Virus record (IMG/VR): IMGVR_UViG_3300042554_002903
Span: 2,773 to 66,772 of that record
Source: a virus
Direction: 5' to 3' (one strand)
DNA length: 64,000 nucleotides
Shown here: in pieces, positions 9,596-19,969 of the stretch
Numbering within the stretch: the first letter of the stretch is position 1
How the letters are laid out: each line of letters opens with the position of its first letter
The notes under the pieces: model-generated
The model's input: the letters and a program-made list of their open reading frames with translations, nothing else
Told to the model about the DNA's origin: nothing
Database searches by the model: none
Position numbers and translations under genes: made by a program

Positions 9596-9850
9596 ATGAC
9601 AACAGAACATATAACAGTACTCTCTATTTTTCTTATAGGAGTTTTCCTTATAGGAATATATTGTATTTTTAAAACTGCAACAACTAAAGATTACGATATC
9701 AAATCTGCTTATGGCGGGTTTGCTACAATTTTGTACGGAATAGTTTGTGGTCTTTTATTCATAATACTTAACGACTTTGCTGAACTAAAGAAATCTAAAA
9801 ACTGTCCTGAGTATGAAAAAGTTGAAAATGTTTATCGCTTAAAGAAATAA
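9596..9850 (+). CDS. two-TM membrane protein
   Basis: Two hydrophobic helices. Confidence 0.6.
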   Translation: MTTEHITVLSIFLIGVFLIGIYCIFKTATTKDYDIKSAYGGFATILYGIVCGLLFIILNDFAELKKSKNCPEYEKVENVYRLKK

Positions 9851-9856
9851 AAAACT

Positions 9857-10075
9857 ATGAAGAAGATAGCTATAATAATTGCATTGGGTCTCACATCATG
9901 TGGAATACCCAAGAAACCCTGGGTAGTAACCCAGAAGTATGTAGGTACGGGAGACACATGTGGTCTATCCCTACCTTTTGGAACCGCACTATACGTGTAT
10001 AAAACCAAGAGAGGTAAACAGGTTGAGTTCATTGACCTCTATGATCGTTATGAAATAGGAGATACACTGCGATGA
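9857..10075 (+). CDS. small lipoprotein
   Basis: MKKIAIIIALGLTSC lipobox-type signal. Confidence 0.65.
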   Translation: MKKIAIIIALGLTSCGIPKKPWVVTQKYVGTGDTCGLSLPFGTALYVYKTKRGKQVEFIDLYDRYEIGDTLR

Positions 10076-10506
10076 AAGACTGGGTAAAAGGCTGCGACAT
10101 GGGGTTCTATGTCGGGCAGAAGGTGAATTCAGCAAGAGGTAATGGGGTAGTTATTAAAATATGTAGTGAAAATAATTATCCTGTTCATGTAATGTTTAGA
10201 GGATTTGAAGAAACTTATATGATTGACGGTAGGTTATTTCTTGAACACGAACTACCTTCCGTCTACCCCATAGAACTAACCCCCAAATTCTATCAACCTG
10301 AATGGCAGCCGAAAGAGGGGGAGTGGTGCTGGTTTTGGGACAATACACATGAAAATCACATACGAGTAGTAGCAAAGTATTTAGGTATGACAAGGGATAA
10401 AAGGTACATCTGTAAAGTAAAAGATGACGATGATCTTTTCTATGAGAACTGCGCCCCCTTTGACGGAAAGATGACCCCACCTTGGGAGAGAGGAGAGGAG
10501 AAATGA
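10072..10506 (+). CDS. hypothetical phage protein
   Basis: FYVGQKV...WQPKEGEWCWFWD pattern. Confidence 0.65.
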   Translation: MKDWVKGCDMGFYVGQKVNSARGNGVVIKICSENNYPVHVMFRGFEETYMIDGRLFLEHELPSVYPIELTPKFYQPEWQPKEGEWCWFWDNTHENHIRVVAKYLGMTRDKRYICKVKDDDDLFYENCAPFDGKMTPPWERGEEK

Positions 10507-10913
10507 ACAAGTGGGTAAGATTATACATCCAGATATTTGTGGTGTTTATCGTGATGTTCTTGGTCTCCTTTATTCCGGAGTTATACCCGGAGGTTTTCGG
10601 GGACTGGAAATGTGGCGGGTACTATAAAGAGTACATTAACGGTGTGTACAGGATTGTTAATGACAAATGTCTATACACAGAGGGTAATCATAATCCCACA
10701 TACCATTGGGGCTGGAGGCACTGGTTACTCTTTGTTTCAGGTTGGGTCTATACTATTGTTTCAATTACCAAAATGATAGAAGACTTTGATAAGAAAGAAG
10801 AGGAGAAAGCTCCGCTGAAATGGTACGAGAAACCGGCAGCTGATGTTCCTATCAGGGTGTCGCATACCGATCCGGAACCAAGGCGCTACGTAACGGGACC
10901 AATGGGGGAATGA
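10503..10913 (+). CDS. membrane protein
   Basis: Two hydrophobic segments. Confidence 0.6.
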   Translation: MNKWVRLYIQIFVVFIVMFLVSFIPELYPEVFGDWKCGGYYKEYINGVYRIVNDKCLYTEGNHNPTYHWGWRHWLLFVSGWVYTIVSITKMIEDFDKKEEEKAPLKWYEKPAADVPIRVSHTDPEPRRYVTGPMGE

Positions 10914-13021
10914 GTATGACGAAGTTTGAAGATATAGTAAGCAAGGATAAAGTAAGTGGTTTCTGGGAGACCGAAAGAAAGAGGCAGGAGATCGAGAGCA
11001 AGAAAGGGTTGTGGGTATATGACGTCGAGTCCTACCCGAACTTCTTTTCCTACACCGCAATTCGTACCGACTCGCATCAGTACGTATGCTTCGAGTTATC
11101 TCCTTGGAAGGATGACAAAGAAGCGATGCTGGTACATCTTAAGACACAGGTCAGCGGTATGGTTGGTTTCAACAACGTGCACTACGACCAGTACTTGATC
11201 CAGGCTTTCATGGAGGAATTTGTCATGCCTGGTATTCAAGTCAGCCCCGGCGATATGATCGCACGTAGACTGTATGGTGTTTCGCAGGGTGTGATAAATA
11301 CCAGGAAACATCCTTACAGTGCGTGCTCGATACCGCAGATGGACCTGAGACTACTCAACCACTTCGACAACAAATCCAAGATGACTTCTTTGAAAAGTTT
11401 AATGGTTCGTTTCAAGTGGAAGAATGTAGAGGATCTACCCTACCACTGGTCCACCGAATTAACAAAGGAACAGGTGGATAAAGTAATGGAGTACAACCTC
11501 AACGATGTCCTGTTCACAAAACATTTCTACATTCTTTGTAGTGAGAGGATAAAGATGAGGAAGGATATCGGTAAGCGAATCGGTAAGAATCTGATTAACT
11601 TCTCCGATGTAAGGATAGGTGAGACAATTGTATTGAAGTACCTTGCCGACAACATGAATGTACCAGTTGGTGCATTGACATCGCCGGGTTACTCCAAGAT
11701 AAATATACCTCTCAAGGAAATAATATTTCCGAACATCGAGTTCACCACACCTGAGTTTAAAGATCTCCTTCGTAGATTGAACGATACCCAGGTTGGCCCA
11801 GAAGTAATCAAAGAATATCTTGAGAACGCTGCTGATATAGCAGGTGAGATGGATACCAACACTCTAATCGAAATGCTTGAGGACAAGGGTCTGGGTAATA
11901 ATCGTTCAGCTAAGAAAGGTAAGAAGAAAAAAGGTGGAGCCAAGAAAGGATTTTCGTACCGTGTTATGTGGGGTGACTTCGCTTTCGAGTACGGTATAGG
12001 TGGTATACACGGATGTATAAAGCCGGGGGTATATGACAGCGATGATCAATGGATCATTGTCGATACCGATGGTACATCATTCTACCCTATGATTATATTC
12101 AACGGTGAGTTGCATCCAAGACAATTCCCGAAAGAAGTATTTATTAAAACGGTTGAACAGATGGTTGATGAAAGGGTGGAGGCTAAGGATAGTGGTGTTA
12201 TAACCATATCCGATGGTTTGAAACTCGGTCTTAATGGGGGTATTTTTGGTAAGAGTGGAGAACAATGGAGCCCCATGTATGACCCACGTTACTTCACTTC
12301 CATTACGATCAACGGTCAACTCTTATTGACAATGTTTGCTGAAAGGATTCTGACTCACATAAAGGACGCTCAGATCCTGCAGATAAATACCGATGGTGTT
12401 ACATTCCGGGTGCGTAGATCTGATTACCATGAGTACATGCAGCACGCCGACTGGTGGACTGAGAAGACAGGTATCCGCCTTGAACATGTTGAGTACAAGA
12501 GAATGGCGATACGCGATGTCAACACATACATTGCGGTTAAACCAGATGGAAAAGTAAAACCGAAGGGTTTCTTCGAGAGTGATAATAACCCAATGACATG
12601 GCATAAGGATAACTCTTTTGCTATTGTCAGAAAGGCTGCTCTCAATTATCTGGCTTTCGATAAACCTATCCTTGAAACATTCGCCGAAGAGCAGGACCTT
12701 CATGACTACTGCGGTAGATACAAGGCGACATCCGGATGGCATCCCCAGTACGTTTATCTTTCAGAAGATGAGCATGGTAATGCTGTTGAGAAGAGATCTG
12801 AGTTTGGTAAAACACTACGCTTCATACCGGTTAAGAAAGGCGGGGTATGTGTTAAGAAGCACGACGACGGCAGACAAATAGAATTACTTGCTGGCTGGAG
12901 AACGATGCCGTACAATAAAGCTGTGGGTATATCTCATAGTGATATCGATATGAATTTCTTCTATGCTCGCACGATTGCAAAAATAGAAGAGGTACTCGTA
13001 CCACAGACTTCTTTGTTCTGA
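10910..13021 (+). CDS. DNA polymerase, family B
   Basis: Exonuclease motifs YDVES, GFNNVHYD, YNLNDV; polymerase motifs DTDGTSFYP, KLGLNGGIFGK, QINTDG. Confidence 0.92.
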   Translation: MSMTKFEDIVSKDKVSGFWETERKRQEIESKKGLWVYDVESYPNFFSYTAIRTDSHQYVCFELSPWKDDKEAMLVHLKTQVSGMVGFNNVHYDQYLIQAFMEEFVMPGIQVSPGDMIARRLYGVSQGVINTRKHPYSACSIPQMDLRLLNHFDNKSKMTSLKSLMVRFKWKNVEDLPYHWSTELTKEQVDKVMEYNLNDVLFTKHFYILCSERIKMRKDIGKRIGKNLINFSDVRIGETIVLKYLADNMNVPVGALTSPGYSKINIPLKEIIFPNIEFTTPEFKDLLRRLNDTQVGPEVIKEYLENAADIAGEMDTNTLIEMLEDKGLGNNRSAKKGKKKKGGAKKGFSYRVMWGDFAFEYGIGGIHGCIKPGVYDSDDQWIIVDTDGTSFYPMIIFNGELHPRQFPKEVFIKTVEQMVDERVEAKDSGVITISDGLKLGLNGGIFGKSGEQWSPMYDPRYFTSITINGQLLLTMFAERILTHIKDAQILQINTDGVTFRVRRSDYHEYMQHADWWTEKTGIRLEHVEYKRMAIRDVNTYIAVKPDGKVKPKGFFESDNNPMTWHKDNSFAIVRKAALNYLAFDKPILETFAEEQDLHDYCGRYKATSGWHPQYVYLSEDEHGNAVEKRSEFGKTLRFIPVKKGGVCVKKHDDGRQIELLAGWRTMPYNKAVGISHSDIDMNFFYARTIAKIEEVLVPQTSLF

Positions 13022-13485
13022 TGAAGAAACATATCCTATTCACCAATTACAACAAGAAAGAAGTAAAGAAAAAGAAGGAGGACGTGTGGGACAGGCTTGC
13101 TGAATTTATCGAGCGCAGCTCAGATCATTTCGGCCAGCACCCACACTTCTTCACTTTCAGAGAGGAGAAGGTGGACACCAGAAATTATTGTTTCAAGGTG
13201 TATTCACCACTCCTCCCTCTGGAGTTTTCCATCCCGAGATCCAGGGGTTCATACCTGAGCATCATACTCTCGGCTACCCTGGGTTATAAGATAAATAATT
13301 GGAAAGGTAAGGATGGTAAGGTGAGTAAGGCCACGCTTAAATTAATCATACTCATACTCAAGAAGCATTGCTATCGTAAGGACTATCGTTTAAAACAATC
13401 CGAGGAAAAGGTGTTAAACACTATCCGGTTTATGTACGACAATCCTTTCTACGATACGGACATATCTTCCGTTACGGAACTCTAA
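13021..13485 (+). CDS. basic hypothetical protein
   Basis: Last + strand ORF before convergence with TerL. Confidence 0.55.
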   Translation: MKKHILFTNYNKKEVKKKKEDVWDRLAEFIERSSDHFGQHPHFFTFREEKVDTRNYCFKVYSPLLPLEFSIPRSRGSYLSIILSATLGYKINNWKGKDGKVSKATLKLIILILKKHCYRKDYRLKQSEEKVLNTIRFMYDNPFYDTDISSVTEL

Positions 13486-15276
13486 GCGGACCATCTCTTT
13501 GGTTTCGTAGCTCGTCTTGGTATTGGTATCCTTCTTCTGCTTCTCGACGATCTGCTTGTTAAAGATTTCACAACAGATAACGGCATCTACCAAGTCGGTG
13601 TTGTCCACCAGGAATTGTTTACTCTCTTCGATCAGCTCTATGAAATAGATTTCGTCTGAGAAGTTGCGCAGATACTGGAAGAAATATTCGTTACCCCTTT
13701 CACCGGTTGCATCGTTCTTGTAGTAACCGTAGGATTCACTGCCGCTCTTTTTAAAATCACGGGTGAGCAGAGATGGTTTCTTAGCCAGCAGATCCAGCCG
13801 GCCGGCGCTCTTATACTTATCGTATATCACACCGCCCCTGTTTATCTCAAGCATGGCCGGCGCTTTGTTATACCAGTCCTGTAGAGCTATGCTCTGGTTA
13901 ACTATATTAACGGGGTCATCATCTCTGTCCATGTAGAACGCGACATAACGCTGCAGGTCCAGATCTTTGATAGCTATACAGTTTTTAGAACCGGTTGCCA
14001 GCTCCTTACTTATGAAAGGGATGGGGTCTATACCGGCTATATAGGTATGACCTGGGATGGGACGGTGTAAAATGTGTACCAATCCTTCCTTATCTGGTCG
14101 GAATATGGGAGACCCATCGGCGTCGCGGTCCATTCTTCCACGTTCACGTGGTAATTTTTGGGAGACAATCACTCTCTCCCTGGCTTGTATCTTCTGTTTG
14201 ATATCCTCGGGAAGAGAACCCTTGGGATTAGCACTCACGACTTCCTGTACGGTCAGCGGATATTGCTTAACAAATACGTCAAGATAACTTTTATCTTCCA
14301 GGCGGTCCAACTTCTCTCTGGTCTTCTCAATCCATTCGGTCGCGGCTTTCTTATCGCTGTGACCATTGGGACAGAAGTTCAGTATTTTACCTGTAGGTTT
14401 ACCCTTACTATCGAGTTCAGGTGCTTCCATCACGCCTTTCCAACCCGGGATGAATACACATATAATACCTAAGTCCTCGGCATTCTCCCACAATTTAGTA
14501 CCGACACGCTGTCCTTCCATGCTTGACTCACCGGCACTACCACCGAGTACGATAGGTGCGAGCTTACGGAAACCAGCTTTAACACTGGCCTGAGCAGAAC
14601 GCAATACCCTATCTGCTTTGGGGTGCAGGAAGAATTCATCTATGAAGATATGCATGGCACGATACGCCTCGAATGCTGTGGGTTGATCCACTGTCTCCTT
14701 GGTTATGATCTGGGAATCCTTACCGGAATAAGATCCATCAGGATTCTTCTTACCTAAGTGCAGATAACCAGTCTGTCTGTCTGCAATATTTGAGGGTCGG
14801 TAATCCGGATTTAAATTATCATAGATGGGACGCAGCTTATCCTTGAACATAGCCTCGAGCCTGGGTTTATCAGCAGAGGTCATCAGAGATGTACTGCCTT
14901 CCATTGTCAATGCCGTACACATAGGTATTATACCACCGAAGACAGCGGATAAACCTATCTCACGACGTTTAAATATAAGCATGTCCAGGGATTTATCCTT
15001 AGCGTACTCATAGGAGCCGTATATATCTTCTTCGTCCACGTCACGCCATACCGGTCTTATCTTCTTACCGGTAGCATGTTTCATGTGGGCTTGAGTAAGT
15101 GCGAAGTAGTGAGGCCCAACCAATCCGAATCGACCAGTGCGCCAGTAATCCTCTTCTTGTTTCCACCACTTTTTCTTTTCTTCCTTGGTGGCGTTCTCAG
15201 ACAACAGATATTTAGCAGCCCAGTCTTCGTAAACGAATTTGGGAGCTCTGTCCTTTTTACTTTTAAGAATCTCCAA
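13414..15276 (-). CDS. terminase large subunit
   Basis: ATPase motifs FKRREIGLS and IFIDEFF; nuclease motifs YIAGIDPI, MLEINRG, DLVDA; 620 aa. Confidence 0.88.
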   Translation of the reverse strand: MEILKSKKDRAPKFVYEDWAAKYLLSENATKEEKKKWWKQEEDYWRTGRFGLVGPHYFALTQAHMKHATGKKIRPVWRDVDEEDIYGSYEYAKDKSLDMLIFKRREIGLSAVFGGIIPMCTALTMEGSTSLMTSADKPRLEAMFKDKLRPIYDNLNPDYRPSNIADRQTGYLHLGKKNPDGSYSGKDSQIITKETVDQPTAFEAYRAMHIFIDEFFLHPKADRVLRSAQASVKAGFRKLAPIVLGGSAGESSMEGQRVGTKLWENAEDLGIICVFIPGWKGVMEAPELDSKGKPTGKILNFCPNGHSDKKAATEWIEKTREKLDRLEDKSYLDVFVKQYPLTVQEVVSANPKGSLPEDIKQKIQARERVIVSQKLPRERGRMDRDADGSPIFRPDKEGLVHILHRPIPGHTYIAGIDPIPFISKELATGSKNCIAIKDLDLQRYVAFYMDRDDDPVNIVNQSIALQDWYNKAPAMLEINRGGVIYDKYKSAGRLDLLAKKPSLLTRDFKKSGSESYGYYKNDATGERGNEYFFQYLRNFSDEIYFIELIEESKQFLVDNTDLVDAVICCEIFNKQIVEKQKKDTNTKTSYETKEMVRLEFRNGRYVRIVERIVVHKPDSV

Positions 15277-15691
15277 TTGGTCCGTCCACTACTGGGACGC
15301 TAAATTCCTGCGGATATGCCTCGAGCTTGGCCTGACGTACAGATTTTACAACCTTGTCGCCGCTCTCGAGTAGTCTCAGTATCGCTTTGGTATAGGGATC
15401 CTCAGCGTTTAAAGTTCTATTCCTTATTTCCTCATTGATCTGGGCTGCAGCCATGACAATCGTTGCGTATAAATCCTTAGCAGGATCAGCAAACTGAGCT
15501 TCGATACGGGCGATTGCCTCATCCTGTGTGATCTCACGTGCAAGTAATACTTTATGCAGTCTTGTCAGATCGCAAGGCGTTGATGGCAGACCTGATGTCA
15601 CGCTGTTTTCGCTTGAGTTCTTTGGCTTTTTTCCAGGATTCATGTGCTTTCTCTTTGTTATTTTGCCACGTGAAGAATTCGGCATCGGCAA
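15263..15691 (-). CDS. hypothetical protein upstream of TerL (TerS candidate; true start likely near 15550)
   Basis: Helical C-terminal half abuts the TerL start; N-terminal part overlaps ORF 15552-15755. Confidence 0.4.
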   Translation of the reverse strand: MPMPNSSRGKITKRKHMNPGKKPKNSSENSVTSGLPSTPCDLTRLHKVLLAREITQDEAIARIEAQFADPAKDLYATIVMAAAQINEEIRNRTLNAEDPYTKAILRLLESGDKVVKSVRQAKLEAYPQEFSVPVVDGPIGDS

Positions 15692-15755
15692 TTGTCTTGC
15701 GCCTTACCTCAGTTACTTCAATTAATTGTTTAAGTAAGTCTTGTATCTTGCTCAT
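15552..15755 (-). CDS. small coiled-coil protein
   Basis: Chained overlap with the upstream gene. Confidence 0.55.
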   Translation of the reverse strand: MSKIQDLLKQLIEVTEVRRKTIADAEFFTWQNNKEKAHESWKKAKELKRKQRDIRSAINALRSDKTA

Positions 15756-16222
15756 TTTATTTTAGTTATAAATCCACGACCTGCTTTGATTGCTATCAAC
15801 CAGGCTTCGAAAGAGTGGAGCATTTTACGACTGTCGGCGGGATCGGGTACGAGTACACCGAATTGGTGCAATGCCGTGGCATCAATGATTACTTCCGGGT
15901 TTAAATTAATCAGGGAACGGATATCATTTGTCAAGCATCTCAACTGCTCAAACGTACCGGTGTTGGTGTAGCGGTAGTCTCCGTTGACACCGCCGACCAA
16001 TCCGATATTAACTGTGTCCTTCTCGGGTTGCAGTACGAAGAGCTGACCGTCCGGAGTGATGGTGCGGGTAAAGAGTTCCTCTCTGTAACCAAGGCCGCCA
16101 ATGTGGTAGGACCTACCGTCTCCGGATCTGGCTTTGCGTAACTGGTGGGTACGTACGCTGTCGGGTCCTCGATAGTCCTCGATGCGCTGCAGTGTCCAGT
16201 ATAAATTAATCTCTTTTACCAT
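15752..16222 (-). CDS. hypothetical protein
   Basis: 156-aa ORF in operon. Confidence 0.6.
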   Translation of the reverse strand: MVKEINLYWTLQRIEDYRGPDSVRTHQLRKARSGDGRSYHIGGLGYREELFTRTITPDGQLFVLQPEKDTVNIGLVGGVNGDYRYTNTGTFEQLRCLTNDIRSLINLNPEVIIDATALHQFGVLVPDPADSRKMLHSFEAWLIAIKAGRGFITKIK

Positions 16223-16800
16223 TTGATCTGATCATAGAATTCCTGACAGGTAAACAGTTTTTTCTCTGTCTTGCCGTCTTTTGTTATAGAAGCGGTGACC
16301 TGAACGCCATCGTTGACGATAACCACAGCTCGAGAGCCGTCTTTCAAATCACAAGGTAAACCCTCGGGTATGAAATTCATCCACTCATCCGGAGTTTTAA
16401 TCTTCTGTGGAGACTTGGCGTACATCTCGGGATTGGTTCTGGTATTCTTCTGTTCAAGAACAACAGGTTCCTGATCAGGTAAGGCAGGATCAATACCGAC
16501 CACATATTTACTGAATGATTTGTCGGGTTCGCTTTCAAATATACGGAGCAATTCTTCTGTCTCGGCTCTCTTACGTGCGATGGCTTGCTGCTCCACACTC
16601 TCGATCATCCAGTTCATGTACACCTGGGCCTTCTTCAAGTCCTCAGCCGGCTTACCTTTGTGTTCGTAACGCCAGAGATACTTCATGACATTACCTTTAC
16701 AATACCCCTGAAACGCAGAGGGTGAGAGTGAGGCCCGAATCGCCTCGATACATTCAATACCACCTTGGGTATAGTGCTGTGGTTTATTTACGCTGTCCAT
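16216..16800 (-). CDS. DUF3310 (T7 gp1.7-like) domain protein
   Basis: DSVNKPQHYTQGGIECIEAI...GYCKGNVMKYLWRYEHKGKPAEDLKKA. Confidence 0.88.
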   Translation of the reverse strand: MDSVNKPQHYTQGGIECIEAIRASLSPSAFQGYCKGNVMKYLWRYEHKGKPAEDLKKAQVYMNWMIESVEQQAIARKRAETEELLRIFESEPDKSFSKYVVGIDPALPDQEPVVLEQKNTRTNPEMYAKSPQKIKTPDEWMNFIPEGLPCDLKDGSRAVVIVNDGVQVTASITKDGKTEKKLFTCQEFYDQIKW

Positions 16801-17822
16801 TAATATACTTCTCCGTCAATTATTTCGTGATTTCTTACAACAAAGAGACCACCGTCTTTAACATCCACCATTGCGAAACCGAGATTCCATTTGGTGTAAC
16901 CATAAGGTGCGTACTCAGGGCGTAATGTACAGAGCGCACCGGTAGAATAAGCTACGATCTTGTCACCTTTCAGATTACCTTCGCGGTGCTCACTCTTCTG
17001 GTGATGATGACCGATGAGGATAGACGACTTAGCTCTGAGGAATGCACCACGAGCGGGGTTAACCGGAGCCATGATTGAATGGCCGAACTCATGACCATGC
17101 AGGATGGCCAACTTACCGGCCCAGATTATCTCCCGGCCAACCACTTTAATCTTGTACTCGTTGCAACGCAGTTGTTCTTCAAGTTTCAAGCCGTGCATAC
17201 CTTCGATCTCTCTGGCGTTACGCAGTATGAACCGGCGCAAACGCTCTTCATGATTACCGAATTTGAAATAGATCGGGATATCACCGAACTGTTCACGCAA
17301 TAGAGCAAAAAAGTTGCGAGCCATCTCGATCTCTTCCATAATGGTAGGTCTTTGAGTCTCGCGATCAAAAGAGGCGACGCCGTACATATCCAAAAGATCA
17401 CCGTTAAGTACGATACCGGTTATGTTCTGCTCCTTACCGTACTCCAGCGCAGCAGTTAAAGCTACGGCATCGTGTTCCGGGAAGTGGATATCAGATAAGA
17501 TCAACCACTTACCCTTACCAAGACGCACCTCTTTCTGCTTAGGTAAACTGGTCATCAACTTGTACTTCTCGAGTCCTTCTTTGATAGTGGATTTCTGAGG
17601 TACGAAATTCTCTGACTGTTTCAATTTCGTCCCACCTTTTGTTGCACCAGTAAGATTACGTATGTAGAGGCGGACCGCATCCATCGTAGGAAAGAGACCT
17701 ACTTCTTTTTGAAAGATTATACGAGCCAGTGTTTGCTTTGCAATGATCATCTTACCGTCTTTGTCAATGTATTCCGACAAATAGGTAGCTACGATGTCCG
17801 CTTTGGTTGTCTTCTTTGTCAT
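16800..17822 (-). CDS. calcineurin-like metallophosphoesterase
   Basis: SDIHFP, NGDLLD, GNHE, HGH and GHHH motifs in order. Confidence 0.9.
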   Translation of the reverse strand: MTKKTTKADIVATYLSEYIDKDGKMIIAKQTLARIIFQKEVGLFPTMDAVRLYIRNLTGATKGGTKLKQSENFVPQKSTIKEGLEKYKLMTSLPKQKEVRLGKGKWLILSDIHFPEHDAVALTAALEYGKEQNITGIVLNGDLLDMYGVASFDRETQRPTIMEEIEMARNFFALLREQFGDIPIYFKFGNHEERLRRFILRNAREIEGMHGLKLEEQLRCNEYKIKVVGREIIWAGKLAILHGHEFGHSIMAPVNPARGAFLRAKSSILIGHHHQKSEHREGNLKGDKIVAYSTGALCTLRPEYAPYGYTKWNLGFAMVDVKDGGLFVVRNHEIIDGEVY

Positions 17823-17841
17823 AATTTTGTGCGAATATAAA

Positions 17842-18996
17842 CTATTTAAACTCGTTTTGCAAATCAGGGAAGAATTGCAGGTCGCTCCGGTAGGCTTCGA
17901 TACCGTATTTTTTTATCAGCATACGTAACGTGAAGGATGCCGTTGACATATCACCAGTATAGTAGTCGATAAGGTAACTCCACTCCATCACTACCTTATC
18001 TGAATACAGAGAACGCTGGTTCATGTAGAAGTCCCGGTATTTGACCGAATTAAGAGCCGCAAGAATGGGTTCCATATCCTGCCACTTGTTCTGTTCCCTC
18101 ATTACTTCGAGTACACGAAGCCATGTCTCCCTTCTATTAGGTGCGGCGTTGACTGCAAGGAAAGCATGTGCAAGCCTGTATCTCGGAATCTGTATTATTT
18201 TTGATAATAAGATAAGGCTCTCAGATACTTCCATGTCCCAGGCTTCCGGTTGGTCTACGTGCTGCTCAAGTACAGCACGAGCGGCGTGGTTGTATCCGCT
18301 GTAGTACAACTCACGACCGAGGTAATACAGCGTGCGGGTATCGCACTCACTATTCACGTAATCCCGGAGCATACCTGTGAGGTAATTACTCCTGTCGGTC
18401 TCGTGATTCTGACCGTGCTCCAGTAGGACAGCATCTATCGTATGGGTTTGGGTCTCACACTCCGATACCAGTGCTTCATGTACTGTACCCTTCCATCTGA
18501 ACTTGTGCTTGTTATAGAATTTATGATGACGGAATTGTAGGTTGGGAGACCCATCATCATTCCTGGCGTATACAAATTCGTACTCAATCCTGTCCACACC
18601 GCCTGCGATTATTCTATTCAACTCGTCAATACAGAACTCCGTGGTAACGAATTCATCACAGTCCGGCATGAATACAAAAGGTTCCCGGACGTACTCATCA
18701 ACAATGTAATTACGAGCAGCAGCGAAATCAAAATAGGTCTGGCCTTCTTTGAGTATGTGGTCACCGAGTACATTATTACAAACCTCTTCCTCTCTTTCTG
18801 TTATTGTTTTCCGGAAGGATGTGTTCTCGACAACATGGGTAGCACCGGCTTTAAACGCTGCACCTACTGTATCATCTGTTGAACCCGTATCGAGTACGTA
18901 TATGTTTCCGGTAAAGCCTTGGTTGCGTAAGGACTTGATTAAACGAGGTAGAGTCTTCTCCTCATTGCGTGCGATTACTGCGACTGCAAAATTCAT
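17842..18996 (-). CDS. GT2 glycosyltransferase with TPR-like C-terminus
   Basis: IARNEEKTL, VLDTGSTDDT, DFAAARN, DCDE, WKGTVHE, YYLGREL. Confidence 0.9.
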   Translation of the reverse strand: MNFAVAVIARNEEKTLPRLIKSLRNQGFTGNIYVLDTGSTDDTVGAAFKAGATHVVENTSFRKTITEREEEVCNNVLGDHILKEGQTYFDFAAARNYIVDEYVREPFVFMPDCDEFVTTEFCIDELNRIIAGGVDRIEYEFVYARNDDGSPNLQFRHHKFYNKHKFRWKGTVHEALVSECETQTHTIDAVLLEHGQNHETDRSNYLTGMLRDYVNSECDTRTLYYLGRELYYSGYNHAARAVLEQHVDQPEAWDMEVSESLILLSKIIQIPRYRLAHAFLAVNAAPNRRETWLRVLEVMREQNKWQDMEPILAALNSVKYRDFYMNQRSLYSDKVVMEWSYLIDYYTGDMSTASFTLRMLIKKYGIEAYRSDLQFFPDLQNEFK

Positions 18997-19028
18997 AGCC
19001 GCGAATATACGACACTAAAACAAAGAAA

Positions 19029-19481
19029 TCAAATATTTTTTATAGTGAAGCGGTGCTTTAAAGCAAGAACAAGTAAGAGGAAGAGTGCGATAATACCCCC
19101 GATCAGGTACGAATCTACCTTATTCTTCTCGGTATATACCCGCACGGGTACTGTTGTCTCTATCTTTATTGTATCTCTCTGCAGGAAGGTGTCTGTTTTA
19201 GTATGTGCTGAGACCCATCCGTTACGGGAAGTAATTGTTATCCTACCTTGCTTGAAAACGGTATCTCTCTTGATGACGTCGACCGGGAATAAGAGGGTGT
19301 CACCAGGTACAATAAATGTATCGATCTCGGTATGAGTAAGAGTAAAGGTGTCAACAACCGTAGTTAAATATTTAGATAAATATTCCGGATGTTTCTTAAC
19401 TACACGGTCGAATGTACGCTGGGAATTACACGCCAGCAGAATCAGGGGGAGTAGGAGTATTGCTATCTTTTTCATGTCCAA
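19029..19481 (-). CDS. lipoprotein with C-terminal TM helix (unimolecular spanin-like)
   Basis: Lipobox LLAC, beta-rich DT repeats, C-terminal TM; in the lysis cluster. Confidence 0.6.
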   Translation of the reverse strand: MDMKKIAILLLPLILLACNSQRTFDRVVKKHPEYLSKYLTTVVDTFTLTHTEIDTFIVPGDTLLFPVDVIKRDTVFKQGRITITSRNGWVSAHTKTDTFLQRDTIKIETTVPVRVYTEKNKVDSYLIGGIIALFLLLVLALKHRFTIKNI

Positions 19482-19677
19482 AAAATGAGGTGATCAATTT
19501 ACCAGCGAAGCCGACATACATAAATATCTCAGCAGTCTTGGCGTCATTCTGCAGGACAAATGTCCAGGTTGCCGCCATGGCTGCACTGGCTGTGAATAGG
19601 GCGTAACCCAAGAGGCGCAAACGCCGGGGTGTCTCTGCCCAGAATTGTGAGGTTCCGAATTTAATTTTCTTCTGCAT
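19426..19677 (-). CDS. small two-TM protein (holin/antiholin candidate)
   Basis: Two hydrophobic helices. Confidence 0.5.
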   Translation of the reverse strand: MQKKIKFGTSQFWAETPRRLRLLGYALFTASAAMAATWTFVLQNDAKTAEIFMYVGFAGKLITSFFGHEKDSNTPTPPDSAGV

Positions 19678-19969
19678 AGGGTGAGTTGTAATACGAGCTT
19701 ATCTTCTTGTCCCAGAACGCTACCACCCCCATAACTATAATAGCACCGACAAGAAACATGTTCAAATGGAAAAATGAGAAAGCCTTACTGAAATAAATAT
19801 TCAGAGCGGATACCTCAATCCACATCAGACCCAGCATGTAAGGCCAGCGATGCGCTCTGGGTAATTTGTAAATTATATTATTGTGATGGGAAAAGGAAAC
19901 GATCCAGTATATTGCTGTTGCCAGGAATACAAAGAAGAAGAACAGGCGTGTGACGACAAAACTATCCAT
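19661..19969 (-). CDS. three-TM membrane protein
   Basis: Three hydrophobic helices. Confidence 0.55.
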   Translation of the reverse strand: MDSFVVTRLFFFFVFLATAIYWIVSFSHHNNIIYKLPRAHRWPYMLGLMWIEVSALNIYFSKAFSFFHLNMFLVGAIIVMGVVAFWDKKISSYYNSPYAEEN

